A stretch of 64,000 nucleotides of DNA from Rebecca billardiae RCC1528 (lineage: Eukaryota > Protista > Haptophyta), in the NCBI GenBank assembly GCA_965240325.2, contig OZ251225.1:3224001-3288000 (forward strand). Direction: 5' to 3'. A program made the position numbers and the translations under genes. Every line of letters starts with the position of its first letter. Position 1 is the first letter of the stretch. Positions 46,883-59,163 of the stretch are shown here, piece after piece. The notes below the pieces were generated by a model that did not search any database, was not told the DNA's origin, and saw nothing but the letters and a program-made list of their open reading frames with translations.

Positions 46883-49544
46883 ATGGCAGGCGCGCCGACG
46901 ATGCTCGCCCGATGGCTCGTGGTGGCATGCCTCGCCGCGGCGTCGCTCGTCGTGGCTGAGTTCCCGCGGGTCGACGCGGCGAGTTCGGGCGCTCGCCGTC
47001 CCTTTGCCCCCGCGCAGGGCGCGCGCCGCGCGAGCCACGGCAGCGGCGGCGGCGGTTTTGGCGGCCCCGGGGGCGGCGGCGACGGGCGCGACGACGGCGG
47101 CCAGGGGCGCGGCGCGAGTGGGGTCGGGATGCGCGGTCTCGTGCGCGCGTGGCTGAGGATGACAGCCTCCTCTTCCGCCGCCGGGGCGCCCGACGGCCGC
47201 AGCTCGCCCGGCAGCGCCGACTTCTCGGGCATGAACCTGAACGACGACGACGACGCATCTGACAGCAGCGACGACGGCACGCGCGCGCGGCAGCGCCGAC
47301 GGTGGCGGCACGGCGTGGGCGCGGTGCTGGCGGCAGGCGGCGGCGCCGCGGTGCTCCGCCGCGTCGCGCCGCGCCCCGTCGTCCTCGTCCACGGCGTCCT
47401 CCAGATGGCCGACTTCATGCGCGAGGTCGCGGACTGGATCCACGAGGAGATCCCGGGCACGTACGTCAAGGCGGTCGAGGTGGGCAACGGCTACTTGGAC
47501 TCGATCACGCGCTCGATGAACTGGCAGTCGGAGGCGCTGGCGCGTGAGATCCGGTCCGACCCCAAGCTGCGCTTCGGCTTCAACCTCATCGGCTACTCGC
47601 AGGGCTCGCTGCTCGCGCGCGCGTACGTGCAGCGGCACAACAGCCCGCGCGTGTTCAACTTCCTCTCGTGGAACGGCCCGCAGGGCGGCCAGTTCGGCGT
47701 GCCGGACTACGAGCCGCTGCTCAAGCACCTCAACTGGATCACGAGCCCGATGTGGTACACCGACCCGCTGCAGGAGCGCGTCTCCTTCGCCAACTACTGG
47801 CGCGACCCCTTCCGGCTGCAGCTGTACCGCGACAAGTCGGCGTTCCTCGCCGACCTGAACAACGAGCGGCCCGCGGCGCAGCGCAACGAGACGTACCGCA
47901 GGCACCTGCTCTCGCTCGAGTCGCTGCTGCTCGTGTACTCGACGGTGGACACGATCATCATCCCGCGCGAGTCCGGCTGGTTCGCCACGTTCGCCGAGAA
48001 CTCGTCGACCGAGCTCGTGCCGCTCGAGGACCAGCCGCTGTACACCGAAGATCGCATCGGTGCGCGCGCGGCACGGCGCGCGCGCGCCGCGCGGCACGCA
48101 GCCACCGCCAGCAGTGCGCGCGCCGTTGGCGTTTGCAGCGCCGACGAGTGTGCGTCGTGCACGCCCCGCCGCAACGGCGTGCGCTGAGCCCCGTCTGCGC
48201 GCGCACACCCGTGCACGGGTGGCTGCGCTCCCGCCAGGTCTGAAGGCCCTCTCCGAGTCCAACCGACTGCACTTCGGCGTGACCAACTGCAAGCACTATG
48301 AGGCGCGCGCGCGCGCTGCGCCCTCGTCCGCGGCGCGCGCGCGCGCGATCGGGGCCGCTGAGGCTCAGCCCCCGACGGGCGCGCGGCTCGCCTCACGCCC
48401 TCGCGCGCCGCGCGTGCGCCGCGCGTGCGTGGTGACGGGCGCGCCACAGGTGGTGACGAGCGCGTGCAAGTTCCAGCTCTTCGACAAGCTCAGCCTGCCC
48501 CATCTGCTGCCGCCCTCGTCGGTGCTGCTGTCGCTGCTGCGGCGCGTGCTGCCGCGCAAGCGGCGCGGGAACGCGGCAGACGGCGGCGGCGGGCGCGGCG
48601 GCTGGTTTGGCCCCAACACGGCGTACGACGCGAAGGCTGTGGAGCGCGAGGAGCTGGAGCTGCTGCGCCGGCGCTGCGTGGCGCTCTCCTCGCAGCTGGG
48701 CCAGATGCGCGTGGGCGAGGGCGTGTCCTCCGCACGCATCGCCGCCCTCGAGGGCCAGCTCAAGGAGCTGAGCTCGCAGCTGGAGGCGGCGCGCAAGCGC
48801 GCGCGCCACCTGTCGCTCGGCGGCATCGACATGCCCGACGTGAGCGGCGGGAAGGGGCGGCGCAGCGAGGCGGAGATGCGAAGGCTTCGTGACGAGAACG
48901 ACGCGCTGCGCGCCGACAAGGCGCGGCTCGAGGCCCTCACCGCCTCGCTGCGCCGCGGCGGGCTCGACCCGGACGCGCTCAGCGCCGCCATCGACGAGCA
49001 CGAGGCTGAGCTCACGGCCGACCGGCTGCGCAACCGCACGGACGAGGCGAGGCGCGTGCGCGCCGCGCGGAGCGGCGGCGGCGGCGCGGGCGCGGAGGGC
49101 GGGTCGCGGCCAGCCGCTCGCCCACTGCTGCTTCGCCTGCTCCCGCGCTGGCCACCGTGGGCGGCGCAGGCGGCGACGCCGCCACCGCTGGGCGCTTCGG
49201 CCGGGTCCATTCTGCGGCACGCGCGCTCGAGGGCTCGAGCTGATCGGCAGAGCCGCCTGCTGGGCTTCATCCCGATCCCGTGGGCGGGCGGGCGCGCAGA
49301 TTCTCCGGGGGTCCCGCTGACTCCGCCACCGGCTCCCTCCCCGGCGTCGGGCTCGCCGACCGTCTCGCAATCACCCCCAAGCGCAGCCCCTGCTCGCGCA
49401 GGACGAAGCGACTCGCCGACGACACGCCATCAGAGCCAGGGGGGCGCCCAGCCATTTTGGGCCAGGTGGTTCGGACGCCGTCCGCGCGGCCAGTGCCAGG
49501 AGGCAGGAGTCGCAGCAGTCTCAAGGTCCACGGCCGCCACATAA
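46883..49544 (+). CDS. Palmitoyl-protein thioesterase (PPT1/2 family) with C-terminal coiled-coil extension; introns 48060-48237 and probable GC-AG 48303-48449
   Basis: PVVLVHG, GFNLIGYSQG (nucleophile), GPQGGQFGVP, ANYWRDP, DTIIIPRESGWF, EDRIG|LKAL, CKH. Confidence 0.9.
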
Positions 49545-49898
49545 CGGTAACGGGACGGCTACAGTCTACTACAGCGGAGTACTGACTGCTCGGTAGCCGT
49601 ACCGCCGGGACTGACCGGCCGTCTGACCTGGTCTGGCCGGGTCAGTGTCCGACTGAACTCAGTCTCAGACGTACCGTCTGACTGAGAGTGAGACTCTCGC
49701 GAGTCGCGGTGCGGCGATTTAACTTAACGAGACAGAGTCTACCATATCCGACGGGCGCAGCGGCGCCTGATCTTGCGCCTTAAATAAGACTCCCGGACTG
49801 TTTACAGTCGTCCGAAGTTGTCACACGTTCACCTCTCATCCCCTTTCCCATGAAATTGAACTCCAAGGGCAAGACGGCCCAAGTGCGGCACTAGCGGA

Positions 49899-50618
49899 TC
49901 ACCACCGCAGCCGGTCCATGCTGGTTTGCTGCGGAATGTCGTCGACCGACGCAGAGCGCCGGACCCGCTGGACCACGACGGGTCGCTGCGGGAGCGGCGG
50001 GCGCGCTCGTTCTCCGTGCGGCCGTGCTCGGCCCATGAGGAACGACTTGGCTCGCTCGATCAAGCTGGGGCGCTGCGCCATGGGCGATTCAGTTTGGTAC
50101 ACGCCGTAGCTGTAATGAGGGGTGCCGAGGAAGTACGGCTCGTCAGGAGGAGGGGGCATGCTCGCCATGATGGCCGCGAGCTGCGCGGCGCGCTCACGGC
50201 GCCGTTCGAGCTGCTCCTGCGCCGCCGCCATGTCCTCGTCCGTGACGTGCACGAACGCTGCCATGTCGAAGGGTGTTCTGCAGAGCGGACATTTGCATGT
50301 TCGTGAGGCAAGCATGCGCGCACCGGCGGATTCGGAGAGCAGCGCGTACGCGATCAGCTTGCCAGAGGGCGCGCCGTAGTGCCTGAGCATCCGCTCGACA
50401 CACGCTCCGCAGAACTCGTGCCCGCATGGGAGGCGCTGCACGGACACCGCGTCAGCGAGTAGATCGATGCAGACAGGGCACTCGTCTGCGTGGTTGTGCT
50501 CGAGCACCAGCGGCAGCGAGTCCGAGCGTGCCAGGCGCACGCGTGGAGAGTCTGCCGATCCGGCCTTGAGAGGCGGAGCCGGTTGCTCCGCCTCGCCGAG
50601 CTCCACGGCTTGGGCCAT
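49899..50618 (-). CDS. RING-finger (C3HC4-type) protein
   Basis: CPVCIDLL...LPCGHEFCGAC...CPLCR. Confidence 0.85.
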   Translation of the reverse strand: MAQAVELGEAEQPAPPLKAGSADSPRVRLARSDSLPLVLEHNHADECPVCIDLLADAVSVQRLPCGHEFCGACVERMLRHYGAPSGKLIAYALLSESAGARMLASRTCKCPLCRTPFDMAAFVHVTDEDMAAAQEQLERRRERAAQLAAIMASMPPPPDEPYFLGTPHYSYGVYQTESPMAQRPSLIERAKSFLMGRARPHGERARPPLPQRPVVVQRVRRSASVDDIPQQTSMDRLRW

Positions 50619-51073
50619 GCGAACGGTGACGACCGCGAGGTGTTTGCCGCCCCCCCCGCGGCGGGGTGCGATTACCTATCGCGGTTCGGACGAGGCTCCG
50701 GCGTTTGTTGGCGAGATTGCTATTGCTGCAGAAATCTCGGGCGAGCTCCAACCCTCCATTATGAGTTGGTTATTGCGGTTGAGGACGCTTGCTCATCATT
50801 CTGCACGTGCCTTTCAGGCTTCCAAAAGGGGTGGCACTGATATGAGTTGACCGTCCTTCCCGTTCGTTCCTCGCCTTTCATCGAGCGTCCTCGATGTGCA
50901 ATCATATTGAAAAGCGAGCGCTATTGATTATTGTTCCTCCCCTCGAAGTTCATCCTCATCTGGTTTAGCGGAGTCCGGGATGTCCGGATGAAAATTACGA
51001 CGATTTATTTTCCGCTCTTGGTCAGGACCGCCGCCGACGACGCCCGCATCCGCGCCCTGTCGTTGTCAGCGAA

Positions 51074-52681
51074 ATGCTCGCGGCGCTGGCAACGGCGGCA
51101 CTTGCGCTGGTGGGGCCGCCTGGTGCCCGGCCCCCAATGGGTGCATACACGATGGGTGCACGCCCGAGCGCGCGCCCTGTCGCGCGCCGGCCCGCGCGCA
51201 CGGCCGCGGCACTCGCGCCCATGGAAGCCGGTGGCGGCGAGCTCTTTATTGCGGCGGCGGTGCTGGTCGGTGGCGCGGTGGCTGTGAGCTCGGGCTCATC
51301 GAGCAAGACGTCCACGCCGACCGCGCCCAAGCCCAACCTGCCCCCGCCCAGGCGCATTGTCAACGCGCCCCCCGCTGGTCGCAAGCTGCCTCCGCCGGCC
51401 TCGCAAAAGACCACGGCCCGCGCTGCGCCCGCCGGGCGCAAGCTGCCCACTCCGGCCTCGGCAAAGCCCACGGTCCGCACGGCTCCCGCTAGGCGCACGC
51501 TGGGCGCCACGACTGTGTCCACGCCCGCCGTCCGCGCGGCGCCCACGGGTGCCGCCGGACGCGCGCTGCCGCCTCCCAACTCGGCGGCGGTGTTCCGCGG
51601 CAAGGCCCCGGCAAAGCCAGCGGCCGCAGTCGGCAGGACCGTGCCCAAGCCCGCGCCAAAGCTCGTGGCGAAGCCCAAGCCGGTGCCCAAGCCCGCGCCG
51701 AAGCTTGCACCCAAGCCCGCGCCGAAGCCGGCGGCGGCCGTGCGCAAGCCCGCGCCCAAGCCCGCGCCCAAGCCCGCGCCCAAGCCCGCGCCCAAGCGCA
51801 AGGCCGCGCCCGCAAAGGCAGCTGGTGGCGGTCGTGTGGCCGGCCTGTTTTCGGTCGCGCCCCCCAAGGCCGCCGCCAAAGCGTCCTCCCGCGCCACCAA
51901 GCCGCCGAGCAAGCCGCCGAGCAAGCCGCCGAAGAAGGCGCGTCCGGCGAGCAAGGCCAAGCCGGCCAGCTCGCCGTCCTTCTTCGATTCGCTCTTCAAG
52001 CCGTCGGCCGCGCCCGCCAAACCTGCCGCCAAGCCGGCGGCCAAGGCGGTGCGCAAGAAGCTGCAGGTGGACAAGCCGGGCAAGAAGCTGCCGCGGCGCA
52101 AGCCCACGCCGCTCAAGAAGGACGCCGACGACGACGACCTGGTCAGCTTCATCGGCTCGCTCTTCACGCCGGTCGACAAGGCAGGCAAGGCCGCCGACGC
52201 GTCCAAGTCGAAGGACGGCGTCCGCTCGGTGTTCGACGGCCGGCCCATCCCGACCGACCCGTCGGGCTACACGCCGCCGCTGGACCTCAAGGTGCCGACC
52301 GAGGGGGCGAGCCCCGCCGACGAGTCCGCCCCCCAGGACGAGGAGGCGCGGCGCGCGCAGGAGGAGATGAAGCGCTTGAATGACGCGCGCCGCGAGGCCG
52401 AGGCGTCGGTGAAGCGCGTGCAGGAGGAGGCCGCCAGGCGCACCGCACAGAAGGAGGCTGAGAAGGCCGCGGCGGCCGTGGCGGCGGCGGAGGCGGCGGA
52501 GGCCAAGGCCAAGGCCGAGGTGATGGCGGCTCCGCAGTGGGCCGGTGGGCCGGTGACGGCGGCTGCGCTCGGCGATGCCAACATCGCGCGCAAGAAGGGC
52601 ATCGTGCTCGCCATCGGTGTGCAGGCGCTAATGCGCGAGCAGGGCCTGCTTGGCAAGGGCGAGGGCTTTCTGGAGGACTGA
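51074..52681 (+). CDS. Pro/Lys/Ala-rich low-complexity protein with signal/transit-like leader and one TM segment
   Basis: MLAALATAALAL leader; hydrophobic LFIAAAVLVGGAVAV; KPAP tandem repeats; GC3-biased codons. Confidence 0.7.
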   Translation: MLAALATAALALVGPPGARPPMGAYTMGARPSARPVARRPARTAAALAPMEAGGGELFIAAAVLVGGAVAVSSGSSSKTSTPTAPKPNLPPPRRIVNAPPAGRKLPPPASQKTTARAAPAGRKLPTPASAKPTVRTAPARRTLGATTVSTPAVRAAPTGAAGRALPPPNSAAVFRGKAPAKPAAAVGRTVPKPAPKLVAKPKPVPKPAPKLAPKPAPKPAAAVRKPAPKPAPKPAPKPAPKRKAAPAKAAGGGRVAGLFSVAPPKAAAKASSRATKPPSKPPSKPPKKARPASKAKPASSPSFFDSLFKPSAAPAKPAAKPAAKAVRKKLQVDKPGKKLPRRKPTPLKKDADDDDLVSFIGSLFTPVDKAGKAADASKSKDGVRSVFDGRPIPTDPSGYTPPLDLKVPTEGASPADESAPQDEEARRAQEEMKRLNDARREAEASVKRVQEEAARRTAQKEAEKAAAAVAAAEAAEAKAKAEVMAAPQWAGGPVTAAALGDANIARKKGIVLAIGVQALMREQGLLGKGEGFLED

Positions 52682-53272
52682 GCAACCACCAGTGGACCAT
52701 CGAATTTGAGGTGTCCCGAGCTCATCGTGCATGATGGCGGGGTGCTGTGCGCGCGACAGTCTTGCTCGAAAGAGCTCGGACTAGACGGGCCCACAGTGGA
52801 CTGCAGGATATCTCACGCAGACTTGACGCGTGTCCGCGAGGCGTGAGTCGGCGAGGCGCGAACCGGAACGGCGTTGAAGCCTAGGTGCCTGTCTAATAGT
52901 GTCCGATGGCATATTGCATCACGACTGCTACTACTATACATCAATAAGACATCATTCACTCGTCAATCGTCATCATCAGTAATCTAAGTAGGCGCTCATA
53001 TCACTTGCCTCGGACTTGGTCAGTCCGACTCCGAGGTCCGACTGCCTGTCTGCCTCAACTGACTGAGTGCCGTGTCGCGCAGTAGTTAATGCCGCTGTCG
53101 TACGGACCTAACGTCGTAGACGCGTCGTCAGTACTGCAGACCAGTGGCAGTATAACTAGTCAGTACTCAGACGGTGCGTCAGCGGACGCCGTAATGGCAT
53201 ATCAGCTGCTTCGTCACGGTGACACGGCTTACAAGTTGAAGTTACCACGAAGCCCCAGTGATATGCTGCCAG

Positions 53273-53821
53273 TCAATCGGCTCCGGCCATGATTGCATAC
53301 CGTGCGCTGAGCAAGAAGAGTAGCACCGTCGGGTAGAATGTGAGTGCAAAGCCCATCGCGCGCTTAGGCGCGCCCTTGCGGTAGCCCTGAAAGAATAGGG
53401 CGCGGCCCAGCACGAACTGGACCGCACCCACAGGCAGCACACCAAGGCGCGCGCGTGGCACAACAATCGCGCCCGCACAGTGCACACCCAGCGCGAGCAC
53501 GGCTTGCTCCAGAGTATTCTGCAGCATGGCCTGCAGCAGCTTGGCCTCGGACGTCCCCGAGGTGAGTCCACTTCCGTGTATGTCCGCGGGTGTGAAGAAG
53601 CGGTGTGAGGCCAGCCTTGCGATGGCCAGAAGCAGACAGCCCACAAAGCACAGAGCTGACTGGGCGAGCAATCGGGCTCGTGCCTGGATCGAATCGCTCA
53701 GAGGGACGAGTGCGGCGGGCGACAGCACGAACGCCGCCGAAAGACCGGTCAGTGTTGTCACCATCCCGAGCGCCATGCCCTTGGCGACGCCGCGCCGCGT
53801 AGCAGCGTCGTCTTTTGACAT
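53273..53821 (-). CDS. MAPEG family membrane protein, bacterial-type
   Basis: RLASHRFFTPADIHG, LQNTLEQAVLA, FVLGRALFFQGY, RAMGFALTFYPT; about four TM segments; intronless. Confidence 0.8.
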   Translation of the reverse strand: MSKDDAATRRGVAKGMALGMVTTLTGLSAAFVLSPAALVPLSDSIQARARLLAQSALCFVGCLLLAIARLASHRFFTPADIHGSGLTSGTSEAKLLQAMLQNTLEQAVLALGVHCAGAIVVPRARLGVLPVGAVQFVLGRALFFQGYRKGAPKRAMGFALTFYPTVLLFLLSARYAIMAGAD

Positions 53822-54009
53822 CGTCGCAGTGGTCGAAGTGCCGTATCTCGCCGGAGCTCACGGGCGGGCCGTGGACGACGCCAAGGCAGCCGGCAATGGT
53901 GACCGCCACCCCTTGCGGCCAGCCGTCCGCCCGGCAGGTTGCTCTCCGGGCTGGCGGGAACGGTGGCAAAGTGCCGCCTCCGCGGGGCGGCAAGCCGGCG
54001 ATTCCAGCA

Positions 54010-57000
54010 ATGGAGGCCCCCCACGTAGTCACGGCCACCGTCGTTGCCACGTTCTCGGCCGAGGTGGTGCTGCGCCAGCTGGGGGAATGGCTGCGTGAGC
54101 TGTACGGAGGCGATGCACGCGTCGTCGCCGCCGAGTACGGCGCCGTCTTTCACGAGCTCCTCGCGCCCGCCTCGGCGTTCACGGCGACGCCCGGCGCGCA
54201 CGGGCTCAACATCATCCTCTTCCGCACAGAGGATTGGGCCAGCTCAGCCGAGGCGCGGGCGGACGCGCTCGCGCGGCTCGAGGTGGCGATGCGCGAGTAC
54301 GCGCTCTCCGCGCCCCTCCTCGTCGTGCGCTGCAAGCCCTCCCCCGCCGAGCTCCCCGAGGACAGCCTCGGCGGCGTGGACGCTCGGCTGGCGAGCGCGA
54401 GGCCATCCGGCGCAGGCACGGTCGCGTACGCGTCGTGGGCGGAGGTCGAGGCCTCGGTCGCGCCGTCAGCTGCGGCCTCCTCGTACCACACGCTCGCCGG
54501 CGAGCGCCTGGCGCGCGCGCCGTACACGGCCGCCTACTGCGAGCTGCTCGCGACCGCCATCGCGCGGCGGGTCCGAGCCGAGCTCGACAGCCGCTCGGCG
54601 CCGATCAAGCTGGTCGCCGTGGACTGCGACCACACGCTATGGGACGGGATCGTCTCGGAGGACGGCCCGGCGCACGTGCGCATCCGCGCACCGCACGCCG
54701 CGCTCGGCCGCGCCCTCGCCGCCGCCTCCGCGCGCGGCGTCCTGGTCGCCCTGCTCTCGAAGAATGACGAGCGACAGGTGAGCAGCCGGAAGCGCGCGCG
54801 CGGCGCTGCGGAGCCGCGCGCGCGCCGTCGCGAGGACAGGCGGCGCGTGTCTGCCGGCCCGACTCACGCGCGCCGCCTCCGGGCCTCATCACCCGGCGGC
54901 TCCCCGCTCGCGCACGCGCCGGCCGCTTGGGCAGGTGCTGGCGACCATCGCCACGCGCGGCGCTGAGCTTGGGCTGGCGCCTGAGCAGCTGGTCGCGTGC
55001 CGGGTCAACTGGCGGCCCAAGCCGACGAACCTCGCCGAGCTGCTCGCCGAGCTGCAGGTCTCGGCGCGGCACGCGTGCGTGATTGACGACGACCCGCTCG
55101 AGCTGCGCGCCATCGCCGACGCGCACCCGCACGCGCTCTGCCTCCGCTTCCCGCGCCGCGGCGCGCGCGGCGCAGAGGCGGCAGGGGCTGAGGGCGCGGC
55201 CGCGTGGCGCGAGGCGGAGGGGTTCGTGTACGCGCTGTGGGCGCTGGACGCGGCGCTGGCGGTGAGCGCGGAGGACGAGGCGCGGACGCAGCGCATGCGC
55301 GCCGAGGGCGCGCGCGCACGGCTGCTGCGCGCGCACGCCGCCGCCGCGCCCGCCGATGCGGCCGCGCGCGCGCCGGCAGACGCGGCGGAGGCGGCGGAGG
55401 GCGCGGAGGAGGGCGCGGCGGCGGCGGAGGGCGCGGAGGCCGACGCGTCAGCGCGCGCGGCCCGCATGCTCGAGTTCGTGCGCTCGCTCGAGCTGCAGAT
55501 CCGCATCGAGCGCGCGGCGGGCTCGGACATGGCGCGCGTCGCGCAGCTCAGCCAGCGCACCAACCAGTGCAACGCGCAGGGCGCCGCGTACACCGAGCCG
55601 GGGGCGCGCGCGGCCGCGGCACCGCACGGCCGCGGCCGGTGGGAGTGTGTGCGCGTGGCGGACAGGTTCGGTGAGTACGGGCTGGTGGGCGCGATGCTGC
55701 TGCAGCCGGGCGCGGGGCGGGCGGGCGGGGCGGGCGAGGCGGGGCGCGAGGGCGAGCCCGGGCCCAAGGGCGGCGAGGACGCCACCGGCGCCGGAGCGGC
55801 CGGTGGCGGAGGTGAGCGCGCGCTCGGCGCGCACGCGGGCGCGCTCGGCGAAGACGCGGGCGCGCTCGGCGCGGACGCGCTGCTCGTGCGCACGCTCCAC
55901 ATGTCGTGCCGCGTGCTGCACCGCGGCGTCGAGCACGCGATGCTCGCACACGCTGCGCGCAGCGCGCTCGAGCTGGGCCTGCCCCGTGTAGTCGTGCCGC
56001 TCGTGCGCACGGGCCGCAACGACCGGCTCGTCCGCTTCCTCTTGCGCGCCCACGCCGCCGTGCACGCGCCCGCGCACGCCGCCGCGCACGCGTGCGCAGA
56101 GCGCGTGCGGCCTGCGGGCCAACCCGCCGCTGTGCCACGGCACTCGGCCGTGGAGGGCGCGGCCGAGGGCGGCGTGCGCGACGCGGCGGTGGAGTACGTC
56201 GTCTTCGACGCGGCTGCTCTCGCGGAGCTCACGCTCGAATCGCTGGAGCGCTCGTGCCCCGAGCCTGAACCGGCTGCGGCGAGCAGCACCGCGGGCGAGG
56301 GCGCGCCCGGCCGAGTGCGCGCGGGCGTGCCGGCGGCCCTTGGCGGCGCCGCCGACGCCGCGGATGATCCGTCCGCGCTGCGCAACGCGCGCTTGCACCG
56401 CGTGCTGCGTCGGCTGGTGCCTGGCGAGAGGGTGGAGCCGGGAGCTCGCGCCGGCGCGCCCTCGGCGCTTGGCAGCACGCAGGACCCGACACCGTCACTC
56501 GGCGCGCCCGCGCCTGCCGCGGCGCCACTTCAGCTGGAGGCTCGATGGCTGGCGGTGCTCAGCGAGATCGCGCGCTCGAGCTTTGCGCCGCCGCCGACGG
56601 ACGGCGGGCGCTCCGCCCCGTGGCACCCGCCCGCGGACGTGCCCATCCTCAGCCTCGGCGTCGACTCGATGGAGGCGCTCGTCCTGGTCGAAGCGGCAGC
56701 GCGCGCCGCTCGCGCAGAGGACAGTGAGAGTGCGGCCGCGCGCGAGTTGGCCTCTTCGCTGCACGACGGCACGACACTTCGGGAGCTCGCGCGCACGCTG
56801 GCGAGGATCGCGCCGCCGCCGTCGTCATCGCCGGCGGCGACCGAGGCGGCGGCTCGCGCAGATGCCGCCGCGGCCGATGCTGGCCCGGCCGCCCGTGGCG
56901 GGGCGCCGAGCGCGCGGGAGCCGCCGTGCGCACGCCGCGGCGGTGTCGGCGGCGGCGGCGGCGGCGACGACGGCGGCGGCGATGGCGACGGCGACGGCGC

Positions 57001-58447
57001 GTCGGCTGGCGCGGCCGCGAGTGCGTACGCGCACACGCCCGCGCAGCCCAAGATGCCGGCGGAGATCCTCGAGCGCGATGGACGCACGCCCGGCGCGGCG
57101 CTCACGCGCGTGGGCGGGCTCGAGGCGTGCTGCGCGGGCGACCTCGAGCGCGCGCGCGCGCTCGCCCGCGAGCGCGGCTGGGTGGCGGCGCACGCGTGCG
57201 ACCGGCAGGGCACAACCGCGCTGATGTGGGCAGCCGGGTACGGCCGGCTGCCTGTCGTGCGCTGGCTGCTCGAGGAGGTGGGCGCGGCCGTCGACGCGGC
57301 GAACAAGGACGGACGGACCGCGCTCATGTGGGCGTGCAAGAACGGCCAGCTCGACGTGGTCGACCACCTGCTCAACAGCGCGCGCGCCGACCCGACGCTG
57401 CGCATGAAAAAGGGTGGCTCCTCCGCCTTCGACTGGGCGGTGGCGGGCGGCAGCATCCCCGTGGTCGAGCTGCTCGCCGCGCACCCCGGCGTGGACATCC
57501 ACGCGACCAACCTCACGGGCTGCGCGCCCGTGCACTGGGCGGCCGCCGCCGGCCACCAGCACGTGTGCGAATGGCTGCTCGCGCGCGGCGCCGACTTTGG
57601 CGCTGTGAACGACTGGCGGCACGGCGCGGTCGTGAAGGCGGCGTGGCGGGGCCACTGCGAGCTGCTGCGCTGGCTGGTCGACCCGGACGCGGGCGGGCCG
57701 TGGCGCGAGTGCGCGGGGCAGCTCGAGCTGCCCGACCACGAGGGCACCACGCCCGCAAACCTCGCGCGCGCGGCGGGCCAGCAGGCCACAGCGGCAGTCC
57801 TCGATCGAATTGCTGCGGCGGCGGCAGCCGCGGCGGCGGCGGCGCGCGGCGGGAGCGGCGAGGCTGCTCCGAGCGCGGACGCCGTCGCCGGCGCACCGCC
57901 GGCGCCCTCCTCCGCCCCCGCGCCCCCCGCCGCCCGCCCGCGATACGTGCCCAAGTCGGACCGCGCCGAGTGGCTCGGCCTCAAGCTCGAGCACGCGCTC
58001 CTGCGCATGGCCTTCCACGGCGTCGGCGCCGAGTGGTCGCGACTCTGGGAGCCCGCGCTGCAGGCGAATCGCTCGCGGCCGCTCACGGAGGATGAGCGGC
58101 GGTGGCGCCGTCGCATCCTCAAGCGCCGCGCCGCGGTGAGCAGCCGGTACCAGTCGGAGGTGCTCAACAAGATGCGGCACGACGAGAAGGCCAAGCTACT
58201 CGCTGAGCTCAAGCGCGCGCTGGCGGAGGGCGCGCTGACAGACGCACACCAGCGGCTGGTCGCCGAGCGTGGCGTGGCGGCCTTTGAGCACGAGCTGCGC
58301 GAGGCCGCTACTGCCGACGCTGCCGGGAGCCCAGAGGCCGGCGCCACCGCAGTCCTCCGGGATGAGACTCCGAGGGCAGAGCCGCACGTACACCGGGTGC
58401 TCGCCGAGACGACGGCAAACGGTGGCGGGCCCGCAGCAAATCGGTGA
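54010..58447 (+). CDS. FkbH-like HAD-IIIC glyceryl transferase/phosphatase + acyl-carrier (PP-binding) domain + ankyrin repeats; intron 54778-54934
   Basis: VVATFSAE, KLVAVDCDHTLWDGIVSEDG (DxDxT), LSKND, VNWRPK, IDDDPLE, QLSQRTNQ, DRFGEYGLVG, MSCRVLHRGVE; ACP motif LSLGVDSMEAL; ankyrins GTTALMWAAGYG, GRTALMWACKNG, GCAPVHWAAAAG. Confidence 0.88.
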
Positions 58448-59163
58448 CGACGTCGCAGTGAGTCAGTGACGACTTCGTCGTCCCCGCGCTGACCAGTGAC
58501 CTGATTCGTGTCGTCCTTCATCGACCTTCGTCAATTCGACTGATTGTCAATTGTCGTCCTCGGCCCTCGAACCTTCACGACGACGACGGGCCGTTGAAGC
58601 CCCGAAGCCAGCGCAGCCGAGCGGCGGGGCGAGCTGCGCCAGCGGCCGAGGGGTGACCGCCGAGCCGCAGCAGTCGTGATGAGTCGATTCAGCGATATTC
58701 TGCTCGACTGCTCCCGCGAAGACGGCGGGCCGAAGTGCTCGTCATCATCCTAATATATATATATATATATATGTGGCGTTATAGGGGACGCCTTGTACGA
58801 GCCGGGCATGGCCGCATCATGGCGGAGTGGCTAGACATATATAATATATATATACCGCCGTCCAGATGAGTCACAGCAGTATCATGATGATACGTAGTAT
58901 GATGTGTTCACACAGAGACACGCAAGAACATGTCTGTACATCGGCAGGACAGGATGCAACGTCATGCGGTCATGCCTTGTGCTTGGAATCGTGTCGCGGA
59001 CGCACGAGTCAGACTCAGTGCGGATGACACCAGTGCTCGTCTGTCCACGGGCCGGGGGGTGCGCCGCGGCAGCCCCACAGCACCTGGCCGCCACCGTGCG
59101 TCATCGGCGCGACAAGGGCGTCCGTCCGATGCGGCCGTCGACCCGCCCGACGTGACGAGCCGC

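Noticed and set aside
58772-58835. ~65-bp GC-richer island between two TA runs as a tiny insertion element
   Set aside because: No convincing TIR beyond the TA flanks.
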